Shown here one piece after another: positions 39,285 to 51,595 of a stretch of DNA of 64,000 nucleotides; the stretch's first letter is position 1; each line of letters starts with the position of its first letter. Below the pieces are notes generated by a model that was not told the DNA's origin, searched no databases, and was given only the letters and a program-made list of their open reading frames with translations. The translations under genes were made by a program, and so were the position numbers. This DNA is from Heptranchias perlo (lineage: Eukaryota): positions 1,116,001 through 1,180,000 of the forward strand of contig NW_027139729.1 in NCBI RefSeq assembly GCF_035084215.1, read 5' to 3'.

Positions 39285-40855
39285 TTCGTGAGTGTCTGTA
39301 AATGAAGGAAACATGGTGTCTGGTAAGGGAGTGTCTATACATGAAGGAAAAACGGTGAAGGGTCAGGGAATATCTATAAATGAAAGAGAAATGGTGACAG
39401 GTCAGGGATTGTCCATGAATGAAGGTGAAATGGTTTCTGGTAAGGGAATATTATAAATGGGAGAAGACATGGTGACAGGTCAGGGAGTGTCTAAAAATGA
39501 AGGCGAAATGGTGACGGGTTACGGAGTGTCCATAAAGGAGGGAGAAATGGTGACAGGAGGCAGAGTCTGTAAATGATGGAGAAATCGTGACTGGTCAGGG
39601 GGTGTCTGTAAATGGAGGAGGAATGTTGACTGGTCCGGGAGTGTCTGTAAATGAAGGAGAATTGTTGACAGGTCAGGTCGTGTCCATATCTGAAGGAGAA
39701 ACAGTAATGGGTCAGGGAGCGTCTATTAATGAAGGGAAATGCTGACGGGTCAGGGAGAGTTTGTAAATGAAGGAGAAATGCTGAAGGGTCAGAGAGCGTC
39801 TATAAATGTAGGAGAAATTGTGTTTGATCAGAGAATGTCTGAAAATGAAGGCGAAATGGTGACTGGTCAGGGAGAGTCTGTAAATGAAGGAGGAATGGTG
39901 ATTGGTCCGGGAGTGTCTGTAAATGAAGGCGAAATGGTGACTGGTCAGGGGGTGTCTGTAAATGAAGGAGAAATGGTGACTGGTCAGGGGGTGTCTGTAA
40001 ATGAAGGAGGAATGGCGATTGGTCAGGGAGAGTCTGTAAATGAAGGAGGAATGGTGATTGGTCCGGGAGCGTCTGTAAATGAAGGCGAAATGGTGACTGG
40101 TCAGGGGGTGTCTGTAAATGAAGGAGAAATGGTGAGTGGTCAGGGGGTGTCTGTAAATGAAGGAGAAATGGTGACTGGTCAGGGGGTGTCTGTAAATGAA
40201 GGAGGAATGGTGATTGGTCAGGGGGTGTCTGTAAATGAAGAAGGAATGGTGATTGGTCCGGGAGTGCCTGTAAATGAAGGCGAAATGGTGACTGGTCAGG
40301 GGGTGTCTGTAAATGAAGGAGGAATGGTGATTGGTCCTGGAGTGTCTGTAAATGAAGCAGGAATGGTGATTGGTCCGGGAGTGTCTGTAAATGAAGCAGG
40401 AATGGTGATTGGTCAGGGGGTGTCTGTAAATGAAGGAGGAATGGTGATTGGTCAGGGGGTGTCTGTAACTGAAGGAGAAATGGTGATTGGTCAGGGGGTG
40501 TCTGTAAATGAAGGAGGAATGGTGATTGGTCAGGGGGTGTCTGTAAATGAAGGAGGAACGGTGATTGGTCCGGGAGTGTCTGTAAATGCAGGAGAATTGT
40601 TGACAGGTCAGGTCGTGTCGATATCTGAAGGACAAAAAGTGATGGCTCAGAGAGTGTCTATTAATGAAGGGACATGCTGACGGGTCAGGGAGAGTTTGCA
40701 AATGAAGGAGAAATGCTGAAGTGTCAGGGAGCGTCTATAAATGTAGGAGAAATTGTGTTTGATCAGGGAGTGTCTGAAAATGAAGGAGAAATTGTGATAG
40801 GTCAAGGAAAATCTTTAAATGAAGGAGAAATGGTGACTGGTCAGGGAGAGTCTGT
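39285..40855. repeat. 39-bp minisatellite (GGTCAGGGGGTGTCTGTAAATGAAGGAGAAATGGTGACT)n
   Basis: About 40 copies; 13-aa periodic ORFs on both strands. Confidence 0.95.
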
Positions 40856-40946
40856 CGCCAAAATTGGGAGATATCACAGATGGACGGCATACAGGCAGCT
40901 ATAGGGAGGGACATTGTGTGGAAATGAGGGGCAGAGCATATGCACA

Positions 40947-41160
40947 CAGTCAGAGTCAGCATATTCAGGAGAGGAGAGGGGAATCAGTGAGTGTAGAACT
41001 GAATCCAACCAGAGTCAGCAACTTCAGGGGAGGAGAGGGAGGGGAACCAGTGAGTGCAGAACTGAACCCAGTCAGAGTCAGCACCTTCAGGGGAGGAGAG
41101 GGAGGGGAACCACTGAGTGTAGAACTGAACCCAGTCACAGTCGGGATCTTCAGGAGAGAG
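40947..41160. repeat. ~60-bp tandem repeat (about 3.5 copies)
   Basis: CAGAGTCAGCA..TTCAGG.GAGGAGAGGG..GGAA.CAGTGAGTG.AGAACTGAA repeated. Confidence 0.8.
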
Positions 41161-41361
41161 AGAAAACTTAAATAGAAGGAAAAATGTTGGAGGTGGTGCG
41201 ATGGGTTTGGGTTTCAGCAGAGGGAGGAGGGTGAGTGTGTGGGACGGGGATTTACAGTTTGGGGGAATGAGCGGGAAGAATGTTCTATTGAAACTAGAAT
41301 TGCCTGTTCTGAATTTCTATCCTGTATTCACAGTGAGGACTTTTGTTATCTCCTTTTACAG

Positions 41362-42223
41362 GGTATTAGAAGGGGCGGATTTGCAGACGAGAAACTCAAA
41401 CCAAACATCACGTCAAGATCTGACTCCATTCACCAGCACCTGAAGATTATCGGCCTTAAAATGTCGGACAAATGTTGATCTGTTCTATCTGTGGGAAAAG
41501 ATTTCAAACATCACTGTAATTTGGAATAGCAGCGAGACACACACACCCGATTGAGAGTGTTCCAGTGCACTGACTGTGGGAAGAGCTTTCACCAGTTACA
41601 CAGCCTGAAAAAAAACATCACACCATTCACAGTGGGGAGAAACGAGACACGTGTTCTCTGTGCAGACGAGACTTCCACTGATCTCCAACGTGGAGAGACA
41701 TGAGGACACCCGCAACATGGAGAAACTGGGGAAATGTGGGGACTGTGGGAGGGGATTCAGTTACTCATCCCGGCTGGAAACTCATCGACGCAGACACACT
41801 GGGGAGAGGCCGTTCACCTGCTCCGTTTGTGGGAAGGGATTCACTCAGTCATCCCACCTCATTGAACATCAACTTGTTCACACTGATAAGAGACTTTTTA
41901 AATGTTCTGTCTGTGAGAAGAGCTTTAAAAGAAAAAGTGATCTGCTGACACACCAACGTACTCACACTGGGGAGACGCCGATCACCTGCTCCGTGTGTGG
42001 GAGTGGATTCACTCAATCTTCCCACCTCATTGAACATTAAATTGTTCACACTGATAAGTGTCTTTTTAAATGTTCTGTCTGTGAGAAAAGCTTTAAAAGT
42101 AAAAGTGATCTGCTGATACACCAACGGGTCCACACTGGGGAGAGGCCGTTCACCTGCTCTGTGTGTGGGAAGAGATTCACTCGATCATCCCACCTGCTGA
42201 GTCACCAGCGGGATCACATCTGA
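41362..42223 (+). pseudogene. C2H2 zinc-finger exon with a premature stop (six fingers from ATG 41717; TAA at 42038-42040)
   Basis: Acceptor TCCTTTTACAG ending at 41361; decayed fingers at 41480-41690; C-x2-C-x12-H-x3-H fingers with HTGERPF linkers; the frame continues past the TAA to TGA 42221-42223. Confidence 0.8.
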
Positions 42224-42420
42224 TTCCAGGAGTTGGATTCTGCTGTTATTGCTGCTGTTAATCACATCCAGGACTGAACCATGTTCATTCTGACAGTTGG
42301 GGGTTGTTTTTGATGTTAATAATCCCTTTAACTGGGCTGGAGTTTAGTATTCTGTCCAAGTGTCAAATGAATCAGCTTTCTTTCAAACAAAGTGTTTCTA
42401 GTCCTTCATATCTTGATGAT

Positions 42421-42915
42421 AAGAATCATAGAAGTTTACAACATGGAAACAGGCCCTTCGGCCCAAAATGTCCATGTCGCCCAGTTTATACCACTAAGCT
42501 AGTCCCAGATGCCTGCACTTGGTCCATATCCCTCTATACCCATCTTACCCATGTAACTGTCCAAATGCTTTTTAAAAGACAAATTTGTACCCGCCTCTAC
42601 TACTGCCTCTGGCAGCTCGTTCCAGACACTCACCACCCTTTGAGTGAAAAAATTGCCCCTCTGGACCCTTTTGTATCTCTCCCCTCTCACCTTAAAGCTA
42701 TGCGCCCTCGTTATAGACTCCCCTACCTTTGGGAATAGATTTTGACTATCTACCTTATCTATGCCCCTCATTATTTTATAGACTTCTGTAAGATCACCCC
42801 TAAACCTCCTACTCTCCAGGGAAAACAGTCTCAGTCTATCCAACCTCTCCCTATAAGTCAAACCATCAAGTCCCGGTAGCATCCTCGTAAATCTTTTCTG
42901 CACTCTTTCTAGTTT
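42421..42915 (-). mobile_element. CR1 LINE 3' fragment
   Basis: ORF QKRFTRMLPGL...WNELP...GYG. Confidence 0.85.
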
Positions 42916-43039
42916 GAGGACTTATGATGAAGTGTGTGGAATCCTGAGTTCCTTCACCTTTTCAAAAGATGGATCTACAAGATGTCCAAGTCTGACAGGA
43001 CAGAAAATTGTATTATATCACAGGGTCCACTTCAATCAG

Positions 43040-44305
43040 CCTGAGCAGATTTCCACTACACTTGTGTGAAAAAGAGCTTCCTAATTTCAATCCGAGACGC
43101 CCTAGCTCTAAATTTAAGTTTATGTCCTCTTGTTCTGGATTCCCCCACTGGAGAAAATAGTTTCTATTTCGACCCTATCGAGCCCCTTTATAATTTTAAA
43201 TCCCTGGATCAGATCACCCCTCAACCTTCTAAACTCAAGTGAATGGAAACCAAGTTTATCCAGCCCGAGTATCATTCTGGTGAATCTGCACTGTCCCCCC
43301 TCCAAGGCCAATATATCCTTGGTGAGGATCAGTACTCCAGAGGGGCTCTGACCAAGACTCTGTAGAACTGAAGCATCACTTCCTTCCCTTTGTATTCCAG
43401 CCCTGGAGATAAAGGCCATTAATCTGTGATTGCTTTTTGTATCTGTGCACTCGCCTTTAGTGATTTGTGTACATGGACACCCAAATCCCTTTGCTCCTCC
43501 ACCGTTCCCAATCTCTCACTTTAAGAAAATACTCCAATGTTTCCTTTTTGCATCCAAATTGAATGATCTCACTCTTCCTCACATTGAACTCCATCTGCCG
43601 CAGTTTGTCCATTCACTTAAACAGTCCCTTTGTAACTTCCTGCTCCCATCTACACCACTTACTGTGCCTCATAACTTTGTGTCATCTGGAAACTTGGATC
43701 TACAACTCTCTATTCCTTCATCCAATTTATTGATAAATATGGTGAAAAGCTGAGGCCCCAGTGCAGATCCCTGGGAACACCACTTGTCATATCCCACCAA
43801 TCAAAGAACTTTCCCTTTATCCCTACTCTCTTCTCCGACCTCCCAATCAATTACAACCCATGTCACAAGGTCACTTTCAATTGTGTGCATTTTATTTATT
43901 CTATTAATCTCTTGTGCTGAACCTTATCAAATGCCTTCTGGAAGTCCACATAGACAACATCCATAGACACTCCCCTGTCCACCTTGTTGGTTTCCTCAAC
44001 AAATCCAGCTAAATTAGTCAGACATGACCTACCCTTCACAAATCCAAGTTGACTCTCTTTGACCAGCTCAATTTGTGTCTCATGATAGATTTCAGTAAGT
44101 TCCCCACAACCGACGTTAAAATGACAGGTCTGTATTGTCCTGGTTTCTCCCTCCCTCCTTTTTTAAATAACGGAGTGACATTTTCAACATTTATATCCAA
44201 AGGCACAATTCCTGAGTCCAGAGAGCTTTGGGAAATTATAACTAATGCATCTCTAATTTCCCCAACTGTTTCCTTTAATACGATGGGGTGGATACCGTCA
44301 GGTCC
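43040..44305 (-). mobile_element. Degenerate CR1 LINE ORF2
   Basis: RT remnants (TTCCAGAAGGCATTTGATAAGGT on the minus strand; LEFRRLRGDLI). Confidence 0.85.
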
Positions 44306-45691
44306 GAGAGCAGTCTCCGTGGAGGGGGGTTATCACCTTTTACCTGAATACACCGATATTTTCGCCCACATTCATGTTAGTGTTTGGCGAACACTGTCTG
44401 ATGTCTTTCACACACCTGTCGAACCTTGGGGTCAGAGGCGTAGGAGGTAATTTCACCTTCACTGCTTGGGCGGTAAACTGACGGAGCAGAAATTAAAATC
44501 GGGCCGGTTCTATAAGGGGCGGGTGATCCGCTCGACCAGTTCAGCCCCCAGCGATGGTGAAAATTTCCCTCCACGTGTTGTGAACCGGTGCAGTTTGAGA
44601 CAATGGACCAACTTGTGGGCTTCGAAGATTGATATTAGGGCGGAGGTCAGGAAAAGTGTGGCCGATTTTAACTATCCCCGCCTGGCGGAAATGGGGTGGT
44701 AGAGGCGAGTAAATGGTGTCAGGTCACTTACCGCCCCTTTAACGTTGGAGTTCCTGCCTCCGTCATCGTGGGTCGGGTCCTGAGAAGAGCGGCCGGAGCA
44801 ACACCCACCTGTTTCCGGGTCAGACCACGTGTAATATGTAAATCAGAGTATTATGACGTATCTGGGACAGTATTTAAATTTGGTGACGAATGGGAGGAGG
44901 AGCCGCCCTATCGATGGGCATTGAGTGATCCAGAACACTGAGAAGTTTATTTTTAACTTATATTTTTTGGAGTAAGGATGAGCCGGAGAGCTTTCCCTTG
45001 GCCTGCTGAGGCCGTGAGAAATCTCCCGGCCCCTGATCGTCTCAGAAATGTATCAGGAGGTTTCCTTATTGATCTGTGTAACCAGGCCCAGCCTCATGTC
45101 CCATTAAACTCCCTGCAGTGAGTAAACATTGCTGCCCAGCAGCTCAGAGAGGAAACGATCTCCGGAACTCCCCACTGGAGTTTGAAATTACATTAATATT
45201 TTACCAGTTAGTAACGGTCCGGGTGTTGGTCCATTATTATTCTGTTCTGGTCAAAACAAATGTCCCAATGAACAGGACGCTGTCTGACCCTGACAGCTCA
45301 CCCTCAGTCCATCCCACCGGGCAGGCTGTATGATGGGAAATAATCATCAATCGAAAAGGAGGATTTGATTTTATTCATTTCAGGATTAAACATTTAATAT
45401 TGAAATCATATTATTTCCAGACTAATAACAGCAAATAATTTCATGTTAGAATCACATCTTGTCGGGTAAAATATAATTCCTGTCTGCTTTTTTCCAAATT
45501 TATTTCAAGTATTCGATTGATATCAGTTACTTTAGTGAACTCATTGATGTCAATAGATAGTAAAATCAAGCGCGGTGAATAACGGGCGCCCGATCCGCTA
45601 CCGCCCGTCTTAGGCCACCGCCAAACGTGAAACTCTAATTGACTCTAATTAACTTTTTATTTAATTTCGGATGGAAAGACTTCAGACGTTT

Positions 45692-46581
45692 CTATGATTT
45701 AACTAATGTAACAATTAGATTCAGTGGGTATTTCACCCCGTTCTTCAGCTCCTCTCTGAATTTAGTCTGGGTCACAGCATAAATACACGTGTTGGTGCAG
45801 GAACTGAGAAGTTGAAGCATGAATCCGGCTGACTCAATGTCACTGACCGTATAGAACTGGGCGTCTGTTATACGCAGAGAGATAAAATAAAAAACTTCTG
45901 CGCTCCATAACAATATAAAACTGCCTGATATACAGAAGAGTAAAATAATGGATTTCCTTCGGTTCTCCATCTCTGGATCATTGTGATTCTCTCCATTGCT
46001 GCGGCCCCGGAGTCCCCTGCGGACTCTATTGGCCGCTAAAACGTGCCTGGCGGTGAGAACATTGAACAGTAAAATCAGAATGAATGGGAGACAAGGCATT
46101 AATGCAAGATGAAACAAGTCAAACGCAGCAAATGTGGGTGAAGTGAAAAATGTAGGTTTGAAGACACAACCCCGGGGTACATTGTCCATTATATATTCCG
46201 GGTCTACTGCAAAGTACCAGGGAATGCTTAGTAAACAGCTCAGCGCACTCACCACCCCGATAACAACAGCCGCTGTTTTCTCGGTGCAATATTTTGTTTT
46301 CAGCTTCTGACAACAAATGGCCACAAATCGATCAAAGGTGAAAACCACTGTGAACCAGACAGAGGCCGCCGTGGCTGTTAGAATCAGGAAGAAAATGAAA
46401 CGACACACGGGGGTAATGGTCAAGAATGAAACTGGGAAATAAATATCAGCAATGCGCCACATTATGACATCAGTGATAACGACCAGGAGATCGGCCGCCG
46501 CCATTCCCACCAGGTAGCGAGTGATACATTTGGAGAGTCCGCACTTCCCTCGGGACAGGATCACAATCGCCACCAAGTTAA
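45692..46581 (-). CDS. GPR139/GPR142-like class A GPCR, exon 2
   Basis: Hydrophobic TM segments, AAADLL, TFDRFVAIC, SSCTNTCIY; acceptor TTTCTCTCTCTTACAG; phase matches exon 1. Confidence 0.85.
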
Positions 46582-48649
46582 CTGTAAGAGAGAGAAACAG
46601 AAGCAGAGAAATTACTGTTCAGACCTGGAGACAAAGCAGCAGTTTGAGAGGATCAGGGTGAAATTTCCAGCTTTGTTGCTGCATCAAACGGTGGGAACTG
46701 ATTTACTGACCTGGGCAGCGCTTTCGGACAGAGAAATGTTTTTAAATACAATGATCAATAAGGAATTGGGAAATTGATACAGAAAGTTAACAAAGTGAGC
46801 ATCGGATCCACTGGAGGAGCCGAGTGAGGGGGCAGTGCCGGTGGGAAAGTGGGAGGTGTTTTACTGAGTGGGAATCCAACGGGTGAAATCCAGATTTGGG
46901 CTCCTGATGGACGGGAAAGTGAGCGAGGGTCGGGAAGGTAAGGGGACAGGGGGAGGTGCTGCTGATTTGTTGCTCTGGGTTGAGAGAGCTGACAGGGGCC
47001 AGCTCAAAACGGGAAAGACCGAGATCCGAGTCGGTGAGTTTGAAACTTCGAATACGCATGGAAAAGGCAGCTGGAGGCGGAGCCAGTGATTGAAATTGGG
47101 AGGGAGACAAAGAAAATTGACACGTCGGAGGGGAGGGGAGTCAGGAGCAGTTGGTTTGGGAAAGAGGATAAACAGAAGCAACAGATTAGATGAGAGTGGG
47201 AGGAGAGGCGGGGATTCACAGGGAGAGACTGCAACAGAATGTTAGGGGAAATCAAGTCTACAGGTCTCAGTAACACAAAGCAATTTACAAATTCAACTTT
47301 TAACGTCCGTGGTTATTGGTGTCAGGGAACAGCTCGTTGGTTACATAATGTTTCAATAAATTTACTTTTCACATTCAATTGCAATTAAACTCGAATGTAT
47401 TCTTTAAGTTAGCCTCGTTCTTTATTGAACTAAGTTGACATATAGCTTCCAGAGTATAGTATCCTAATAAATCAATGCGATCAAGAAATCACTGATTTTA
47501 TTATTTAAATACATTTCAATTATGTTTATATATTCAATCAGTAAACAAGTAAAAGGAACATTCACATAAACAGACTGAGGACCTGATAGCGATAAACACA
47601 CCCGGAGAGAGTACAATAAAACTCTCACAATCTGACAACATCCTGATAACACTTTCAATTCACATTTCATCTTCATAATTATACTGGAAGTTTCAGCAGT
47701 TCATTCCGATGAATTATTCTCAACGCTGCCGTTCCCCCTCTCTCCACATCTCATTCTCTTTGTTTGTGTGACTTTCTCTGTCTCTTTCTCTCCCGTCCCT
47801 TCTCCACCTCCCTTCTCGTTTTCCTTCTCAGTCGCGTTCTCGATCGTTCCTCTCTGTCTCTCCGCACTCTCTCTACTCTCTTTCTCAATGTCGCTTTTCA
47901 CACCCGAGTAAATCCTAACATCCTGCGCCTGCTTTCTCTTCACCAGCCCCGTGTTCCAACGATCCTATTCTTAATGTCAGTTTGTTCAATGGTGAAGCCT
48001 CTGTGAACAGTTTAATGTTTCTACAGATCATTCAAGTCTCCACCTGTTCACCTACACTGTTCACTTCATCTACAATGTAAGGAATAAAGAGAATCGAATG
48101 CCTCTTCCAGACACACCTCACAATAATTGAAATTCCTTCTCCTGAATTACAAAGTACAGCGTTAGATGGCGGCATTGTTCAATTAACAAAACGCCAACAT
48201 CACCGCTGCTGCAAAAAATCTACAGATAAATAGAAGGGCTCATGATTCCAACAGATAAAGTGCAAACTGATACAAAATAAGCTCAAAACATTGCATTTTA
48301 CAGTGAATTCATCGACAGTGAAGCAGAGAATGAGATGTGAAAGAATCAGCAGCAAACTCAGTTCAGTAACCAGAACTCTGGAGCTTCTTCAGATACACAC
48401 ACAATGAAATAATATTTCATAAGAGTGATAACTAATAAATACATTGAAATCCCAGTTAAACTGAACCATGTTATTGTGGGGGGAGGACATTGCGCTGCCT
48501 CCTTGTAACACTGAGACCGTGAGCTGTCTCATTATCAATCACTGAAAACACATTGATGAAAAAAATTCCAGGTCAGATTAGTTCCACAACATGAAACTGT
48601 TAACAGCTCCTGATGGTCTGATACCAGCTCTTAGCCCTGACATCTGATT

Positions 48650-49565
48650 CCAATAATTCAAGTGCAGAGAATAATCGAGTAACAAAGCCAGGGTTGGATA
48701 AACAAAGTTCACTATAGATACAATGCAATTGCTACAGGTCCGACCGTTTGAAGCGTCGACCATTACTCCACAATAAATTCAGTGCACAGAATAATTCAGT
48801 AACAATGCCAGGGTTGGATATGCAAAGATCATAAAATCATGCAGAACCCTGGTTAGAGCGCACCTGGAGTACTGTGAGCAATTCTGGGCACCGCACCTTC
48901 GGAAGGACATATTGGCCTTGGAGGGAGTGCAGCGTAGGTTTACTGGAATGATACCCGGACTCCAAGGGTTAAATTACGAGGAGAGATTACACAAATTGGG
49001 GTTGTATTCTCTAGAGTTTAGAAGGTTAAGGGGTGATCTGATCGAAGTTTATAAGATAATATGGGGAACGGATAGGGTGGATAGAGAGAAACTATTTCCG
49101 CTGGTTGGGGTTTCTCGGAGTAGGGGGCACAGTCTAAAAATTAGAGCCAGACCTTTCAGGAGCGAGATTAGAAAACATTGCGACACACAAAGGGTGGTAG
49201 AGATTTAGAACTCTCTTCCGCAAACGGCAATTGATACTAGCTCAATTGCTAAATTTAAATGTGAAATAGATAGCTTTTTGGCAACCAAAGGTATTAAGGG
49301 ATATGGGCCAAAGGCAGGTATATGGAGCTAGATCATAGATCAGCCATGATCTGAGCGAATGGCGGAGCAGGCACGAGGGACTGAATGGCCTACTCCTGTT
49401 CCTATGTTCCTATAATAGATATAATGCAGCTCCTACAAGACCAAGCGTTTTGAATTTAATGACATACCATTATTCAACAATATATTCAGTACAGAGAACA
49501 ATCCAGTAAAAGTGCAAGGGTTGGATATACAATGTTCATTACAGATATAATGCAGCTCCTGCAAG
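48650..49565. repeat. ~120-bp intronic tandem repeat interrupted by a CR1
   Basis: CAG.GAA.AAT..AGTAA...CCAGGGTTGGATA repeated at ~48665, 48785 and 49490. Confidence 0.6.
48840..49413 (+). mobile_element. CR1 LINE 3' fragment in the GPCR intron
   Basis: ORF ALEGVQRRFTGMIPGL...LRGDLIEVYKI; tail CCTATGTTCCTAT. Confidence 0.88.
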
Positions 49566-49719
49566 ACTGAAAGAGCAGAGACTTTAAACCTTCCATCATT
49601 CAACTGATATAAGAGAAGAGGTGACTGCGCAAAACATAATGGGAGAAAGAATAATTAGCCAAATACAGCAGCACAGTTAACACCGATTTGCAATATTCAC
49701 AGATGAGATGACGGCTTAC

Positions 49720-49789
49720 CTGGAACTCCAATGGCTGCAAGAACAGGATAGTAAATGCGTTCGATCTGCAACAATACTGGATATTCCAT
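49720..49789 (-). CDS. GPR139/GPR142-like GPCR, exon 1
   Basis: MEYPVLLQIERIYYPVLAAIGVP then G|GTAAGC donor; 70+890 nt gives 319 aa plus stop, restoring TM1 GVPVNL. Confidence 0.82.
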
Positions 49790-50131
49790 TTCTGTGAGAA
49801 GCGGTGACTTCTGTTGATCTGAAAACCGCAGCTCCAGAAGGCACTCTGGGCTGATACATTGCAACGAGCTTAATTTATACAGGGGATTAATCTCCACTGA
49901 CACGGTTATACCCCTGATCATTGCTATTAGTTACAGTCACCTGAACAAACATATTACATCAGCAGCTTTGTCTCCCATGTAAATAATGACGAGAATATAT
50001 CACAAACATCTCAAAGTCCAGCACATTATCTTAATGAGACCTCTCTCAGGAATAAAGTTAAAAGCTGTGCTCATAAAGGACTGGTCCAACAATCATGAGC
50101 GGCTCCATTTGCAGTTTTCATATAATTGTAT

Positions 50132-51595
50132 TGACTAAGGAGACAGTAACGGAACATTTAGATAAGCATAATTTAATAGGACAAAGTCAGTATGGCTTTA
50201 TGAAGGGGAAGTCATGTCTGACAAATTTGCTTGAGTTCTTCGAGGATATAACGTATAGGGTGGATAAAGGGGAACCAGTGGACATAGTGTATTTAGACTT
50301 CCAGAAGGCATTCGACAAGGTGTCACATAAAAGATTATTACTTAAGATAAAAAATCACGGGATTGGGGGTAATATTCTGGCATGGGTGGAGGATTGGTTA
50401 TCGAACAGGAAGCAGAGAGTTGGGATAAATGGTTCATTTTCGGACTGGCAACCAGTAACCAGTGGTGTTCCACAGGGGTCGGTGCTGGGACCCCAACTCT
50501 TTACAATCTATATTAACGATTTGGAGGAGGGGACCGAGTGCAACATATCAAAATTTGCAGATGATACAAAGATGGGAGGGAAAGTAGAGAGTGAGGAGGA
50601 CATAAAAAACCTGCAAGGGGATATAGATAGGCTGGGTGAGTGGGCGGAGATTTGGCAGATGCAATATAATATTGGAAAATGTGAGGTTATGCACTTTGGC
50701 AGGAAAAATCAGAGAGCAAGTTATTTTCTTAATGGCGAGAGACTGGAAAGTACTGCAGTACAAAGGGATCTGGGGGTCCTAGTGCAAGAAAATCAAAAAG
50801 TTGGTATGCAGGTGCAGCAGGTGATCAAGAAAGCCAACGGAATGTTGGCTTTTATTGCTAGGGGGATAGAATATAAAAACAAGGACATATTGCTGCAGTT
50901 ATATAAGATATTGGTGAGACCGCACCTGGAATATTGCATACAGTTTTGGTCTCCATACTTAAGAAAAGACATACTTGCTCTCGAGGCAGTACAAAGAAGG
51001 TTCACTCGGTTAATCCCGGGGATGAGGGGGCGGACATATGAGGAGAGGTTGAGTAGATTGGGACTCTACTCATTGGAGTTCAGAAGAATGAGAGGCGATC
51101 TTATTGAAACATATAAGATTGTGAAGGGTCTTGATCGGGTGGATGCAGTAAGGATGTTCCCAAAGATGGGTGAAACTAGAACTAGGGGGCATAATCTTAG
51201 AATAAGGGGCTGCTCTTTCAAAACTGAGATGAGGAGAAACTTCTTCACTCAGAGGGTAGTAGGTCTGTGGAATTTGCTGCCCCAGGAAGCTGTGGAAGCT
51301 ACATCATTAGATAAATTTAAAACAGAAATAGACAGTTTCCAAGAAGTAAAGGGAATTAGGGGTTATGGGGAGCGGGCAGGAAATTGGACATGAAGCTGAG
51401 TTCGGATCGGTCAATGCCCTGTGGGTGGCGGAGAGGGCCCAGGGGCTATGTGGCCGGGTCCTGCTCCGACTTCTTGTGTTCTTTAGATTTGTGGTTGGGA
51501 TCAGATCAGCCGTGATCTTATTGAATGGCGGAGCAGGCTCGAGGGGCCGATTGGCCTACTCCTGCTCCAATTTCTTATGTTCTTATGTTCTTATG
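50132..51595 (+). mobile_element. Young 5'-truncated CR1 LINE with an open RT frame (to 51393)
   Basis: YLDFQKAFDKV, GVPQGSVLGP and FADDTK motifs, uninterrupted for ~420 aa; (TTCTTATG)3 tail. Confidence 0.95.

Noticed and set aside
44305-45630. CpG-rich stretch, possibly a non-autonomous DNA transposon
   Set aside because: Terminal inverted repeats and a TSD could not be defined by eye.
50095-51393. RT ORF as a domesticated gene or retron-like system
   Set aside because: Ordinary 5'-truncated CR1 with a typical tail; the ATG lies in flanking DNA.
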